Source: Rikenellaceae bacterium (GTDB lineage: Bacteria > Bacteroidota > Bacteroidia > Bacteroidales > Rikenellaceae). From it: a stretch of DNA of 64,000 bases. Below are positions 48,553-58,529 of this stretch, piece after piece. The stretch is from NCBI GenBank assembly GCA_031552535.1, contig JAVBMJ010000041.1, positions 1 through 64,000 on the forward strand, given 5' to 3'. Each line of letters begins with the position of its first letter. Position 1 is the first letter of the stretch. The position numbers were made by a program, and so were the translations under genes. The notes below the pieces were generated by a model. The model searched no databases. It was given only the letters and a program-made list of their open reading frames with translations, and was not told the origin of the DNA.

Positions 48553-51500
48553 ATGCCGGAAAATCTACGCAGCTTTAGTTACACCCCGGAGATAATCGCA
48601 TTATTGGAAAAGAATGCCCGGATCGGTTGGTGGAGAATAGATTTCGGGCGTCAGACCCTGGTCTGCTCCGATTATCTGAATCAAATGCTGGGGTGGGAAG
48701 GAGGTGAAATGCCTATAGAGCGATTCATCGCCCGCGTGAATCCGGAGCACCAGGAGAGAATAATAAGCGAGTTGTCTCTTTCGGTGAGCGAGATAGGCTA
48801 TTTTGAGTACAACGTTCGCATCAACACCACCGCCGGCGACCTGTGGTTCTACCTCAACATGTGCAAAACCACGCAGCTCGAAGACGGGTCATTCGTCGGC
48901 GAAGGCTATGCCAGGTGTTTCTCGGGGGAGGATGCCGCGATGACCAGCGACCAGGTGTCTGAAAATATAGAACAGGTATTGCATTGGCAAACAGTGGCTT
49001 CACGGCTTATCCTCGATATGATATATGGCGATGAAAACGAGAAAGTTTATGAGCAGGCGCTCGATATCGTGAGGAAACGTTATTCCTGTGAAAGGGCATG
49101 CGTGATTCTGTTTGACCATCGCCGCCAGATTTTCGGGGAGATATACGAGTCCAAGTCCGACGAATTTCCTTCCGCACCGGAGGTCTTGCTGGGAAAATCC
49201 ATGGAGAATGCTCCATGGATTGTTCCACGTATAATGTCGGGACAGGCTGTGTTTATCGACAATACCGACGGTCTTCCCGAAGAGGCGTCCCTGGAAAAAG
49301 AATTCCTGGAGCGCAACGGGGTCCATGCGTTTATGGCGGCCCCGATAGTTTCGAATAAAGGTGCATGGGGCTACCTGGCGGTAACATCTTCTTCGCCCCG
49401 CCTTTGGAGCGGGATCGACCGTGAGTGGCTCATAGCCATGTCTTATTTCCTAAGCGCGTGTTTCGAGCTCAACCGTTCGCAAAATGCGCTTGCAAGCGAA
49501 GGTGAATACCTTAAGTCGTTGTATATGAATATGCCTTTGGGTTTTGCACGCCTGAGGCTGGTCTATAATGACGAGAAGGTACGCGATTTCATAATATCCG
49601 ATGCCAACGCAACAATGGGGCTTCATGCCGGCATTCCATGCCAGAAACTTATGCTGGCGAGGGGAGACGATATTAAATGCATATTTGCGGGCATCGACGA
49701 TTTGATCGAGATATTTGCTGAGATTGTTGTAGACAACGGTTTTGTCGAGAGAGAAACCGTCAATGTAAAGACGGGCCGCCATTACCGTAATACATTTTAT
49801 TCGCCGGGAGACAGGGAGGTGGTGGTGCTTTCGATGGACATCACGGAAAAGGTCGCCGCAAATGCGGCTTTGCATCGAAGCGAAGAGATGTTCCGTATGG
49901 TTTACCAGCACATTCCCGTAGGTATAGAGTTGTATGACAGGAGTGGCAAAATGGTGGGAGCCAACGGAGCCGCATGCGAGATATTCGGATATAAATCCCT
50001 CGACGGCGTTCTGGGCACCAATCTTTTCGATTGGCCCTCGCTGATGAGCAATCCACAGGCTGCGGCAGACATAAGGGCGGGTAACGATGCTTCGTTCGAT
50101 TTCACATTCGATTTCAAAGAGATGGATCCCGACCTGACCAGCCATAGGTCGGTGAAACATTTATCGATGCAGTGCACCGTGATGCGCGATATAGATGGAA
50201 ATACCGAAAATTATCTTTTGCTGGTCATAGACAACACCGAAAAAATAAGGACATATCTCGACCTGAAGAAATTCCAGACCGACTTCGATTCCATATCCGG
50301 CTTTGCCCAGGTGGGACTTTTCACATGGGACATTCCCTCCGACACATTGATGGCCACCGACCAGTGGTATAATAATACGACCATAAAGAGAGGTGAAAAC
50401 TTGAGCGACCTTGTCCGCGTTGTCCACCCTGGCGACTATGAACGTCTTAAAGATTTTTTGAGAGAAGTCAAGGCGGGAGAGATAACCGAATTCGACACCG
50501 AGGCGCGGATCAGGTTTGACGGCGGTTGGCGTTGGCTGCGGTGTATGTGCAAGGTAGGCCGTTTCGATGCGGAAGGCAATGCGGTGGAGTTGACGGGGAT
50601 GAATCTCGACATTACAGAGATGAAGGCTTTCGAGCAGAGTCTTCTCGACGCCAAACTCAAGGCCGAGGAATCAGATCGTCTGAAATCCTCGTTTCTTGCA
50701 AGCATGAGTCACGAGATACGTACTCCGCTTAATGCCATAGTTGGTTTTTCGGGGCTGCTCGCTTATGTCGACAACCCTGAGACGCGCGATGAGTATGTGG
50801 ATATAATCCACCGCAATAACGAACAACTTCTACAACTGGTCAACGATATTCTCGATTTTTCTATCATAGAAGCAGGTATCCTCAGTATAATTCCAGCCGA
50901 GATCAATGTCAACCGGATGCTGGAACAGGTGATGGAGAAACATATCGACAAAGTGTCTTCCGACGTCCGTCTGTTTTTCGAGCCTTCGGGGGAGGACGTA
51001 AAGATATACAGTGACGAGACCCGGTTGCAGCAGGTGCTATCGAATTTTGTGGGAAATGCCATCAAGTTCACCCTCCGGGGCTTTATACAACTCAAGTATG
51101 AGTTGCGGGACCGCGATATTATTTTCTCAGTTTGCGATACGGGTATCGGCATGACTGAAGAGCAGGTGTCGCGGGTATTCGACAGGTTTGTTAAATTTGA
51201 CGAATTTTCACCCGGGACAGGTCTTGGGCTCTCGGTCTGCAAGAGCGTGGTGGATGTGTTGGGAGGTACTGTCGGGGTTGAATCCAAGCCGGGAGCCGGC
51301 TCCCGGTTCTGGTTCAGGATTCCCGTTTCCCACACCCGGTCGGCTAACAAAGAGAAGAAAGTGGTTAAACAGGATAAGGTTGCGGTCCCTATTTCCGCCG
51401 CGCGTCCTACGATACTCGTTGCCGAAGACTCCGAAAGCAACTATGTGCTTCTGTCTGTAATATTGCGTAACGATTTCCATTTGCTACATGCCCGTAACGG

Positions 51501-51780
51501 CCAGGAGGCGGTTGATCTGTACAAAGAGCACAAACCCGACCTTATACTTATGGATATCAAGATGCCTGTTATGGGAGGACTCGAGGCGACGCGAATAATA
51601 CGCGGGCTCGACAATGCAATACCCATAGTTGCTCTCACAGCCTACGCTTTCGACAGTGATCGCAAGGCAGCGTTCGACGCAGGATGTACCGGATTTTTAT
51701 CCAAACCTATCATGGCCTCGACCGTTAAGGATAGCCTGCGGATGTTCCTCGATGGGAAGGAGCCGGTTCCGGGGATATAG
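48553..51780 (+). CDS. Hybrid sensor histidine kinase/response regulator with N-terminal PAS/GAF sensory domains (no DNA-binding output domain)
   Basis: HisKA H-box SHEIRTPLNAI. HATPase N/G boxes (GNAIKFT, DTGIGM, GTGLGLS). C-terminal REC domain with the phospho-accepting Asp in LILMDIKMP. No AraC HTH and no TM segments. The start is set at 48553 (MPENLRS); the ORF is open from 48352. Confidence 0.8.
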   Translation: MPENLRSFSYTPEIIALLEKNARIGWWRIDFGRQTLVCSDYLNQMLGWEGGEMPIERFIARVNPEHQERIISELSLSVSEIGYFEYNVRINTTAGDLWFYLNMCKTTQLEDGSFVGEGYARCFSGEDAAMTSDQVSENIEQVLHWQTVASRLILDMIYGDENEKVYEQALDIVRKRYSCERACVILFDHRRQIFGEIYESKSDEFPSAPEVLLGKSMENAPWIVPRIMSGQAVFIDNTDGLPEEASLEKEFLERNGVHAFMAAPIVSNKGAWGYLAVTSSSPRLWSGIDREWLIAMSYFLSACFELNRSQNALASEGEYLKSLYMNMPLGFARLRLVYNDEKVRDFIISDANATMGLHAGIPCQKLMLARGDDIKCIFAGIDDLIEIFAEIVVDNGFVERETVNVKTGRHYRNTFYSPGDREVVVLSMDITEKVAANAALHRSEEMFRMVYQHIPVGIELYDRSGKMVGANGAACEIFGYKSLDGVLGTNLFDWPSLMSNPQAAADIRAGNDASFDFTFDFKEMDPDLTSHRSVKHLSMQCTVMRDIDGNTENYLLLVIDNTEKIRTYLDLKKFQTDFDSISGFAQVGLFTWDIPSDTLMATDQWYNNTTIKRGENLSDLVRVVHPGDYERLKDFLREVKAGEITEFDTEARIRFDGGWRWLRCMCKVGRFDAEGNAVELTGMNLDITEMKAFEQSLLDAKLKAEESDRLKSSFLASMSHEIRTPLNAIVGFSGLLAYVDNPETRDEYVDIIHRNNEQLLQLVNDILDFSIIEAGILSIIPAEINVNRMLEQVMEKHIDKVSSDVRLFFEPSGEDVKIYSDETRLQQVLSNFVGNAIKFTLRGFIQLKYELRDRDIIFSVCDTGIGMTEEQVSRVFDRFVKFDEFSPGTGLGLSVCKSVVDVLGGTVGVESKPGAGSRFWFRIPVSHTRSANKEKKVVKQDKVAVPISAARPTILVAEDSESNYVLLSVILRNDFHLLHARNGQEAVDLYKEHKPDLILMDIKMPVMGGLEATRIIRGLDNAIPIVALTAYAFDSDRKAAFDAGCTGFLSKPIMASTVKDSLRMFLDGKEPVPGI

Positions 51781-51855
51781 TACTCCCCTGCGAGGGATGT
51801 CATGTGGCTTTGATAAACTGTTTAAATCCGGCTTATAAGTCTGTCTAAACCGGAT

Positions 51856-51895
51856 TTAAGTGATTGATTATTGTCAATCACTTAAGCGGTTTTTG
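51856..51895 (+). terminator. Intrinsic terminator after the sensor kinase gene (second of two tandem hairpins; the first, 51822..51859, belongs to the short repeat family)
   Basis: CTTAAGTGATTG-ATTATTG-TCAATCACTTAAG followed by CGGTTTTT. Confidence 0.55.
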
Positions 51896-51954
51896 AGAAG
51901 ACCGGTTGCGTTTTAAGGGAAACAAAACCCAGGTTATTTTTGGGTTGCATTACC

Positions 51955-51996
51955 AAAAAAGGATTGGCCGCGCGATTGCGCGGCCAATCCTTTTTT
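51955..51996. terminator. Bidirectional intrinsic terminator between convergent sensor-kinase (+) and EF-G-like (-) genes
   Basis: AAAAAA-GGATTGGCCGCGC-GATT-GCGCGGCCAATCC-TTTTTT: perfect 13-bp GC-rich stem with an A6 run on the left and a T6 run on the right. Confidence 0.85.
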
Positions 51997-52164
51997 CGCT
52001 TTCCCTGCATCCGGCTCCTTACGGGAGGAAAGGCGTGGTGTGTAGATGCCCGGTGTAGGCCGCCTCTCCTTCATTGGATAAACATCTCCTCAAACAATTT
52101 GGGCGTGCTACGAGGAGCACGCCCAAACCGGAGTATCCTTCCCCCGGGAGTTATTCCTATTCGG

Positions 52165-54321
52165 TTATTCGTCCTTGTCGGTGTCGGCGTATGCCTTCAA
52201 AAGCTTGTCCTGTACGTCGGCCGGAACCTGCTCATAGGAGGCGAACTTCATGGTATAGGTAGCACGTCCGTTGGTAAGTGAACTCAGCGTCGTTGAATAA
52301 CGGTACATTTCCGCCAGAGGTACGCGGGCGACCAGGCGGTCGAACCCTTTTTCCGAAGTCATACCCTCGATCATGGCGCGGCGGTTCTGCAAATCGCTCA
52401 TCACATCACCCATCCTGTCCGACGGCACCAACACCTCGACAGTGTAGATAGGCTCCATGATCTTGGGACCCGCTTTGCGGAATGCTTCCTTGAACGCGTT
52501 ACGTCCCGCCAGTTTGAACGAGATTTCGTTCGAATCCACCGGGTGCATCTTGCCGTCGTAGACCACCACGCGGATGTCGCGGGCATAGGAACCCGTAAGA
52601 GGGCCTTCGTCCATCTTCTCCATGATACCCTTCAGGATCGCGGGCATGAAACGCGCGTCGATAGAGCCGCCAACAATTGAACTGTAATACTCCAATACGC
52701 CGCCCCATTCGAGGTTGTAGACCTCCTTATTTTTAACGCTCACCGGAATCTCCTTGCCGTCGATTTTATACTTGCCCGGCTCGGGCATTCCTTCGTAGTA
52801 GGGCTCTATCAACAGGTGAACCTCGCCGAACTGTCCCGCACCGCCCGACTGCTTTTTATGGCGGTAGTCGGCGGCGGCGATCTTGGTTATCGTCTCGCGG
52901 TAAGGTATCTTGGGAGCGAAAAATTCGACGTCGATCTTGTTATTGTTGGCCAACTGCCACTTCAGGATATTTAGATGATGTTCGCCTTGTCCCTGTATTA
53001 TGATCTGTTTCAGTTCTTTGGAATACTCCACAAGGATTGACGGGTCTTCGAACCTGGCGCGGTTGAGCAATTCTCCCAGTTTCTCGTCGTCGGCAGCTTT
53101 GACAGCCTTTATGGCTGCACGGTAACGCGGTTCGGGGAATGTGATGGGCGCCAGTGTGATGGGTGCAGACGGAGCGGCAAGCGTGTCGTTGGTCTTGGTG
53201 CCCTTGAGTTTCACTGTGCAACCTATGTCGCCGGCATTCATTTCGGTGACTTTGTTACGGATCTTTCCGGCGACAGAGAATATCTGTGAAATTTTTTCGC
53301 GGTTTCCAGTACGTGTATTTACAAGTTCCATCCCTTCGGTGAGTTTACCGCGGATAACCCTGAAATAGCTGATCTCACCCAGGTGCTGCTCGACAGTGCT
53401 CTTGAAAACGAACAATGCAGCCGGCGCATCGGTAAGCGGCTCGATCTCCTCACCCTCGACAGTCTTGAAGTTAGGCGCCTTGATCGGCCCCGGAGCGACG
53501 TTGATTATGAACTCCATCAATCGTTTAGTGCCTATGTCTTTTTTACCCGAGGCACAGAATACCGGCATCAGGTCGCGTTTGGCCAGACCGAGCTTGAGTC
53601 CGGAACGCATCTCGTCCTGAGTGAGACCGCCCTTCTCGAAATAGAGTTCCATCAGCGCCTCGTCGTTCTCGGCCGCCGCTTCCACCAATATATTATGAAG
53701 TTCTGTGGCGTGCTCCATCTCCGAGGCCGGAATATCGAACTCTTCCCTCAGGCCGGTGTCGCCCTTGAACTTATACATCTTCATCATCAGCACATCGATG
53801 AATGCGTCGAATCCCACCCCCGGGTTAACGGGATACTGTACTATTACCGGTCTGACCTGCGATGCATTCTGGATCGATTCCAGGGTCGACTCCCAGTTGG
53901 CTTTTTCGGCGTCCAACTGGTTGATAAGGGCGATCACGGGCTTCTCCTGTTTGCGGGCGTAACGCGCCTGTATTTCGGTTCCCACCTCGAATCCGTTCTG
54001 GGCGTTGATAACCATCACGCCGACATCGGCCACCTTAAAGGCCGAAAAAAGGCTGCCGCAGAAATCATCCGATCCGGGAGTGTCGATGATGTTGAGTTTG
54101 CATCCCATAAATTCGGTAAAAAGGATCGTCGAAAAGATCGAACGCTTGTAGATGTGTTCGAGTTCCGTGTTGTCCGAAAGCGTGTTGTCGCTCTCTACAC
54201 TACCCCTGCGGTCTATCACCTTGCCCTCAAAGGCCATAGCTTCGGCAAGGGTAGTTTTCCCCGAGCCGGGCGCACCGATAAGAACTATGTTCTTAATCTC
54301 GTTGGTCGGATATGTCTTCAT
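52165..54321 (-). CDS. EF-G family translational GTPase paralog with non-canonical G motifs
   Basis: 718 aa, five-domain EF-G architecture. G1 is IGAPGSGKTT. Switch II is DTPGSDDF (His to Ser relative to canonical DTPGHVDF). G4 is NQLD (Lys to Gln relative to NKxD). Confidence 0.8.
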   Translation of the reverse strand: MKTYPTNEIKNIVLIGAPGSGKTTLAEAMAFEGKVIDRRGSVESDNTLSDNTELEHIYKRSIFSTILFTEFMGCKLNIIDTPGSDDFCGSLFSAFKVADVGVMVINAQNGFEVGTEIQARYARKQEKPVIALINQLDAEKANWESTLESIQNASQVRPVIVQYPVNPGVGFDAFIDVLMMKMYKFKGDTGLREEFDIPASEMEHATELHNILVEAAAENDEALMELYFEKGGLTQDEMRSGLKLGLAKRDLMPVFCASGKKDIGTKRLMEFIINVAPGPIKAPNFKTVEGEEIEPLTDAPAALFVFKSTVEQHLGEISYFRVIRGKLTEGMELVNTRTGNREKISQIFSVAGKIRNKVTEMNAGDIGCTVKLKGTKTNDTLAAPSAPITLAPITFPEPRYRAAIKAVKAADDEKLGELLNRARFEDPSILVEYSKELKQIIIQGQGEHHLNILKWQLANNNKIDVEFFAPKIPYRETITKIAAADYRHKKQSGGAGQFGEVHLLIEPYYEGMPEPGKYKIDGKEIPVSVKNKEVYNLEWGGVLEYYSSIVGGSIDARFMPAILKGIMEKMDEGPLTGSYARDIRVVVYDGKMHPVDSNEISFKLAGRNAFKEAFRKAGPKIMEPIYTVEVLVPSDRMGDVMSDLQNRRAMIEGMTSEKGFDRLVARVPLAEMYRYSTTLSSLTNGRATYTMKFASYEQVPADVQDKLLKAYADTDKDE

Positions 54322-54480
54322 AGGTTAACAAAAACTGGATTAGGTTAATATTAATTTAGGTTTTTTATCGTTTGGTTTATGGTTTTGTTTTCGAACCCTA
54401 AATATATTAATTTTTTACATAACAAACCCTATTAGGGTGAAACTTTTATTTTTTTCTGGTATTTTATTAATTTTGCAGCC

Positions 54481-55929
54481 ATGAGATGGATGGTGATAAA
54501 AAGTTCACGTGTGTTGTTGTCGGTGGCGGTGATTGCCACGGTCGTCATGGCCGGAGGATGCAAAAAGGATGATTCGCTGATTGTCGATGCGGAAAGCGTA
54601 AATCAGTGGGTGTATACGACCTTGGAAAACAGTTATCTGTGGGGCTACTCGATGCCCCGGTTCGCGTCGACCGATACGGCGTTGGATCCCGGTAAATATT
54701 TCGATTCCCAGTTGCGTTACCGCACAACATCGGGAAGTATCGCGAACGATGTTTATGGCGACCGTTTTTCGAAGGTGGTACAGCGTAGCACAGCCTCTTC
54801 CGCCATGTCGGCCAGGTTTCGTTTCCGGGAGGAGGAATATGCGTCGACCGACAGGGAGAGCGGCTTCGGATTTGAGTACAGGATATTTCTGATCAACTCT
54901 TCGGATGTAGTTTATGCCCAGATAATATATGTCCATCCCGGGTCCCCGGCCGATAAGGCCGGCCTGAAACGTGGCGACACATTCAATGCTATCGGCACGG
55001 AGGCGATGCCGATTAGCCGTAGCCGCTACAGCGAATTGATGCTGCAAAACGAAGTGACGTTGTCGATGTCGTCGGGAGATGCCGGAAGCATCACGCTCAC
55101 CCGCGCCGAATACGACGATGATCCGGTGCTGTTCGACAGCGTATTCGAGCTTTCGACCAGGACGGGATATCTGGTCTATAACCATTTTACCAATGGTTCG
55201 ACCGGGCAATACAGTTCCAAACTTTCACGGGTTTTCGCGCGTTTCAAACAGCGCGGTGTGCGCTATCTGATCCTCGACCTGCGTTATAACGGCGGTGGCG
55301 AGTTGACTGCGGCCCGGCGTCTGGCGAGTTTCATAGTAGGCGACCAGCGTCTGGGAGGCAACATGCTTTATAAGGAAGATCGCAGCAGTTATAATAATCC
55401 GCAGGCTTTTGCCGCGGAGAAATTCATGAATCCGTCCGATATCGGAGGTAATAATATAGGCGCGGAGAAGGTATTCGTACTCACGTCGTCCAATACGGCT
55501 TCGGCCAGCGAGTTGATTATTCATGCCCTTCGGCCGTTTTACGGGGCTAACCTTGTACATGTCGGCGAGCGTACACTGGGGAAGAATCTCGGTGGTTCTA
55601 CGATAACTAATAAGCGGTATTTGTGGGAAATACATCCTATGACCATCAGGATCCACAATATAAACAAGGTGTCGGGCTATGAAAACGGGTTGGTGCCCGA
55701 TGTGAAGGCTACCGAATTGGGTTCAGGAGGTTTTATAGGGGATTTCGGCGATGCCAGGCATGAGTTGTTGCTCAATGCGGCTATCTCGATGATAGACCCC
55801 TCGATAAATAAAGCCAAAGGTTACCCGACGGCGGTAAAGGGAATGGCGCAGGGAGTGTCGCCGCAGGCGTCAGGGAACGTTGTGCCTGAACTGTCGGTGT
55901 GGCGTGAAGAGTTGGTTGCCGACAGGTGA
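54481..55929 (+). CDS. S41 family peptidase (C-terminal processing / tail-specific protease-like) lipoprotein
   Basis: 482 aa. Lipobox ...MAGGCKK and the S41 core block LILDLRYNGGGEL. Confidence 0.8.
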   Translation: MRWMVIKSSRVLLSVAVIATVVMAGGCKKDDSLIVDAESVNQWVYTTLENSYLWGYSMPRFASTDTALDPGKYFDSQLRYRTTSGSIANDVYGDRFSKVVQRSTASSAMSARFRFREEEYASTDRESGFGFEYRIFLINSSDVVYAQIIYVHPGSPADKAGLKRGDTFNAIGTEAMPISRSRYSELMLQNEVTLSMSSGDAGSITLTRAEYDDDPVLFDSVFELSTRTGYLVYNHFTNGSTGQYSSKLSRVFARFKQRGVRYLILDLRYNGGGELTAARRLASFIVGDQRLGGNMLYKEDRSSYNNPQAFAAEKFMNPSDIGGNNIGAEKVFVLTSSNTASASELIIHALRPFYGANLVHVGERTLGKNLGGSTITNKRYLWEIHPMTIRIHNINKVSGYENGLVPDVKATELGSGGFIGDFGDARHELLLNAAISMIDPSINKAKGYPTAVKGMAQGVSPQASGNVVPELSVWREELVADR

Positions 55930-56179
55930 TGCCGTTTTGCCGGCTGCCGGCGGCTCTGGAGAGCATGCCGGGCAGGCGCAATGTTCGGATTTATACGGGA
56001 GCGGGCTTGAGCGTTCCCGTTTTTCATGGCATTTTGATCATGTATAAATCACCCTCTAAGCGTAGATTATGCGCCGGGACTTCGTGGATAAAGTATTATT
56101 ATGTATATTTGCTACCGAACCTTCAAAGATGTGTCGTTATCCGGAGGTAACTGCTAACGTTCCCGTGAGGGAAAGATAA

Positions 56180-58480
56180 ATGAAGAATATGATCCGTAAA
56201 TCTTTTTTCCCGGCCTTGCTGTGCGTAATGCTTATGGCCGTGTCGTGCTGTGAGCGCAGCGCCGAACCCGCAGAAGTGTCGCTTATCCCGCAACCCTCAG
56301 AGATAGGGATGGGCAAGGGTGTTTTCCACGTCAGGAAGGATATGAAAGTGGTGTGCCGCGACGAGCGGTTGATGCCTGCGGCACAGTATCTGGCCGAAGC
56401 GCTCGGCGGACTTGTCGACGACGATATAGCTGTGTCGGGGAATGGAAAGATAGTATTTGAGATAGATACCGCCCTGACGGACGGAGGCTATGTCCTGGAC
56501 GTATCCAAACGGCGCATTACGATGGCGGCCTCGGGCGCGGAGGGCATTGTCTCGGCGATAGCCACCCTGAGACAGTTGCTGCCTGCGTATGCGGGAATGG
56601 ATGGGGTGAAGAAGGAATTGGTGATACCGGTCATGCGGATAAAGGATGCGCCGCGCTTCGAGTGGCGCGGGCTCATGCTCGATGCGGCACGCCACTTCTG
56701 GACCAAGGAAGAGATCAAGAAGATACTCGACCTGATGGCTCAGTACAAACTCAATAAATTCCACTGGCACCTCACCGACGACCAGGGGTGGCGCATAGAG
56801 ATAAAGGCGTATCCGGAGTTGACGGAAAAGGCGGCGTGGCGCAAGTTCAACGACCACGACAGGCTTTGCATGTCGCTCGAAAAGACGCTGGACAATCCCG
56901 ATTTCGGGTTGCCGGCCGACAGGATGAAAATAGTAGGCGGCGACACTCTGTATGGCGGCTACTATTCTCAGGACGATATCCGTGAGGTAGTCTCTTATGC
57001 GGCGCGGCGCGGTATCGACGTGCTGCCCGAGATAGATATGCCGGGGCACTTCAACGGCACCATCGAGCAATTCCCGTGGTTGTCGTGCGACGGCCAGGCG
57101 CAGAAAGGCACATGGTTCTGGTATCCGATATGCCCGGGAAAAGATACTACGCTGGAGTTCTGCAAGAATGTCTATAAGGAGGTCTTCGAGTTGTTCCCGT
57201 ACGAGTACGTCCACCTGGGAGCCGACGAGGTCGTGAAGACCAAGTGGGCGAAATGTCCCGATTGCCGGCGGAGAATAAAGGATAAGGGATTGAAGTCGGT
57301 CGAGGAGTTGCAGTCGTGGTTTGTGCACGAGATGGAGGCTTTCTTCAACGCCAATGGCAAAAAAATGGTGGGTTGGGACGAGATACAGGAGGGCGGTCTT
57401 TCGAAGACGGCTACCGTGATGTGGTGGAGGACGTGGGCCCCTGGAACGTTGGCGCATTCGACCTCGCACGGCAACAAGGTGATAGCCTGCCCCACGGAGT
57501 GGTTATACCTGGATTACGACCAGACGCGCGGTTCGGTGGATAAGCTATACGAATTCGACCCGGTGGCCGATTCGCTCACCGATGCGCAGAAGCAACTGGT
57601 CGTAGGGATGCAGGGAAACCTCTGGGCTGAGAGAATTCCTTCGATCCGGATCGTGGAGTACAGGTATTTTCCGCGATTGATGGTTCTCAGTGAGATAGCC
57701 TGGGTCGCCGCGGACCGTAAGGATGCAGCGGGTTTCAAGAAGCGCCTCAACGACCATTTCGCGCGGCTCGACACAATGAAGGTCAACTACAGGATCCCGG
57801 ATATGTATGGCCTTTGCAACCGGAACGTATTTATAGATACCGCGATAGTGGAGATAGCCTGTCCGTTGCCCTCGATAGCGATCCGGTATACCGACGACGG
57901 GACCGATCCTACGCTCAATTCGGCGCTTTACACCGCACCCTTTTCGGTGTGGGAAGACAGGGTGATTAAATTCAGGCAGTTCCGTCCCGATGGCTCGGCC
58001 GGCGACCCGCAGCAATACGCTTTCCGCAAAACCGTGTATCGCGATGCCGAGACGCCGCGCGGCGAGTTGAAGCCGGGCTTGGCGGTCGTGTGGCACGACT
58101 TTGTGAAGGATTCCTGCCGCCTTATCGACAAAGGCCGGGTTTTGGGCCGCTTCGTTACTGGAAATGTTTCGATCCCTAAGGGTGTCACAGGCAATGTAGG
58201 GCTGATATTCAGGGGCTATATCGATATTCCGCAGGACGGCATATATTCGTTCGTCCTCAACAGCGACGACGGTAGCGTGTTGTGGATCGGCACGGAATTG
58301 GTGATCGACAACGACGGCTGGCATTCGGCACTGGAAAAGAGCGGCCAGGCGGCTCTGCGCAAGGGACTGCACCCGATTGAGGTGCGCTATTTCGACCCCA
58401 ACAGCGGCGTTTTGCAGTTCGGATTGCTCGCTCCCGATGGATCTATCACGATATTGGGTCCGGAGTGGTTTAAGCATTGA
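56180..58480 (+). CDS. Beta-N-acetylhexosaminidase (GH20) with C-terminal PA14-like domain
   Basis: 766 aa. Signal peptide. GH20 catalytic region HWHLTDDQGWRIE and ...HLGADEV. The C-terminal ~150 aa resemble a PA14 fold. Confidence 0.85.
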   Translation: MKNMIRKSFFPALLCVMLMAVSCCERSAEPAEVSLIPQPSEIGMGKGVFHVRKDMKVVCRDERLMPAAQYLAEALGGLVDDDIAVSGNGKIVFEIDTALTDGGYVLDVSKRRITMAASGAEGIVSAIATLRQLLPAYAGMDGVKKELVIPVMRIKDAPRFEWRGLMLDAARHFWTKEEIKKILDLMAQYKLNKFHWHLTDDQGWRIEIKAYPELTEKAAWRKFNDHDRLCMSLEKTLDNPDFGLPADRMKIVGGDTLYGGYYSQDDIREVVSYAARRGIDVLPEIDMPGHFNGTIEQFPWLSCDGQAQKGTWFWYPICPGKDTTLEFCKNVYKEVFELFPYEYVHLGADEVVKTKWAKCPDCRRRIKDKGLKSVEELQSWFVHEMEAFFNANGKKMVGWDEIQEGGLSKTATVMWWRTWAPGTLAHSTSHGNKVIACPTEWLYLDYDQTRGSVDKLYEFDPVADSLTDAQKQLVVGMQGNLWAERIPSIRIVEYRYFPRLMVLSEIAWVAADRKDAAGFKKRLNDHFARLDTMKVNYRIPDMYGLCNRNVFIDTAIVEIACPLPSIAIRYTDDGTDPTLNSALYTAPFSVWEDRVIKFRQFRPDGSAGDPQQYAFRKTVYRDAETPRGELKPGLAVVWHDFVKDSCRLIDKGRVLGRFVTGNVSIPKGVTGNVGLIFRGYIDIPQDGIYSFVLNSDDGSVLWIGTELVIDNDGWHSALEKSGQAALRKGLHPIEVRYFDPNSGVLQFGLLAPDGSITILGPEWFKH

Positions 58481-58529
58481 CCCCTGAGATTTTTATAAAG
58501 AAAGCCCAAGTATCCCGGCAGCCTGCCTC

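Noticed and set aside
48553-51780. Hybrid two-component system (HTCS) PUL regulator
   Set aside because: There is no periplasmic sensor domain, no TM helices and no C-terminal AraC-type HTH. It is a soluble PAS/GAF-HK-REC protein.
52165-54321. Ribosomal-protection tetracycline-resistance protein (Tet(Q)/Tet(M)-like)
   Set aside because: The length (718 aa versus ~640) and G-motif pattern (loss of the switch-II His, NQLD) do not match Tet RPPs, which retain canonical motifs. It is called a divergent EF-G paralog instead.
54322-54480. Palindrome CCCTA-T-TAGGG and AT-rich blocks in the EF-G-like / S41 peptidase divergent region as a regulatory site
   Set aside because: Arms are only 5 bp. In a 160-bp AT-rich promoter region this is within chance expectation.
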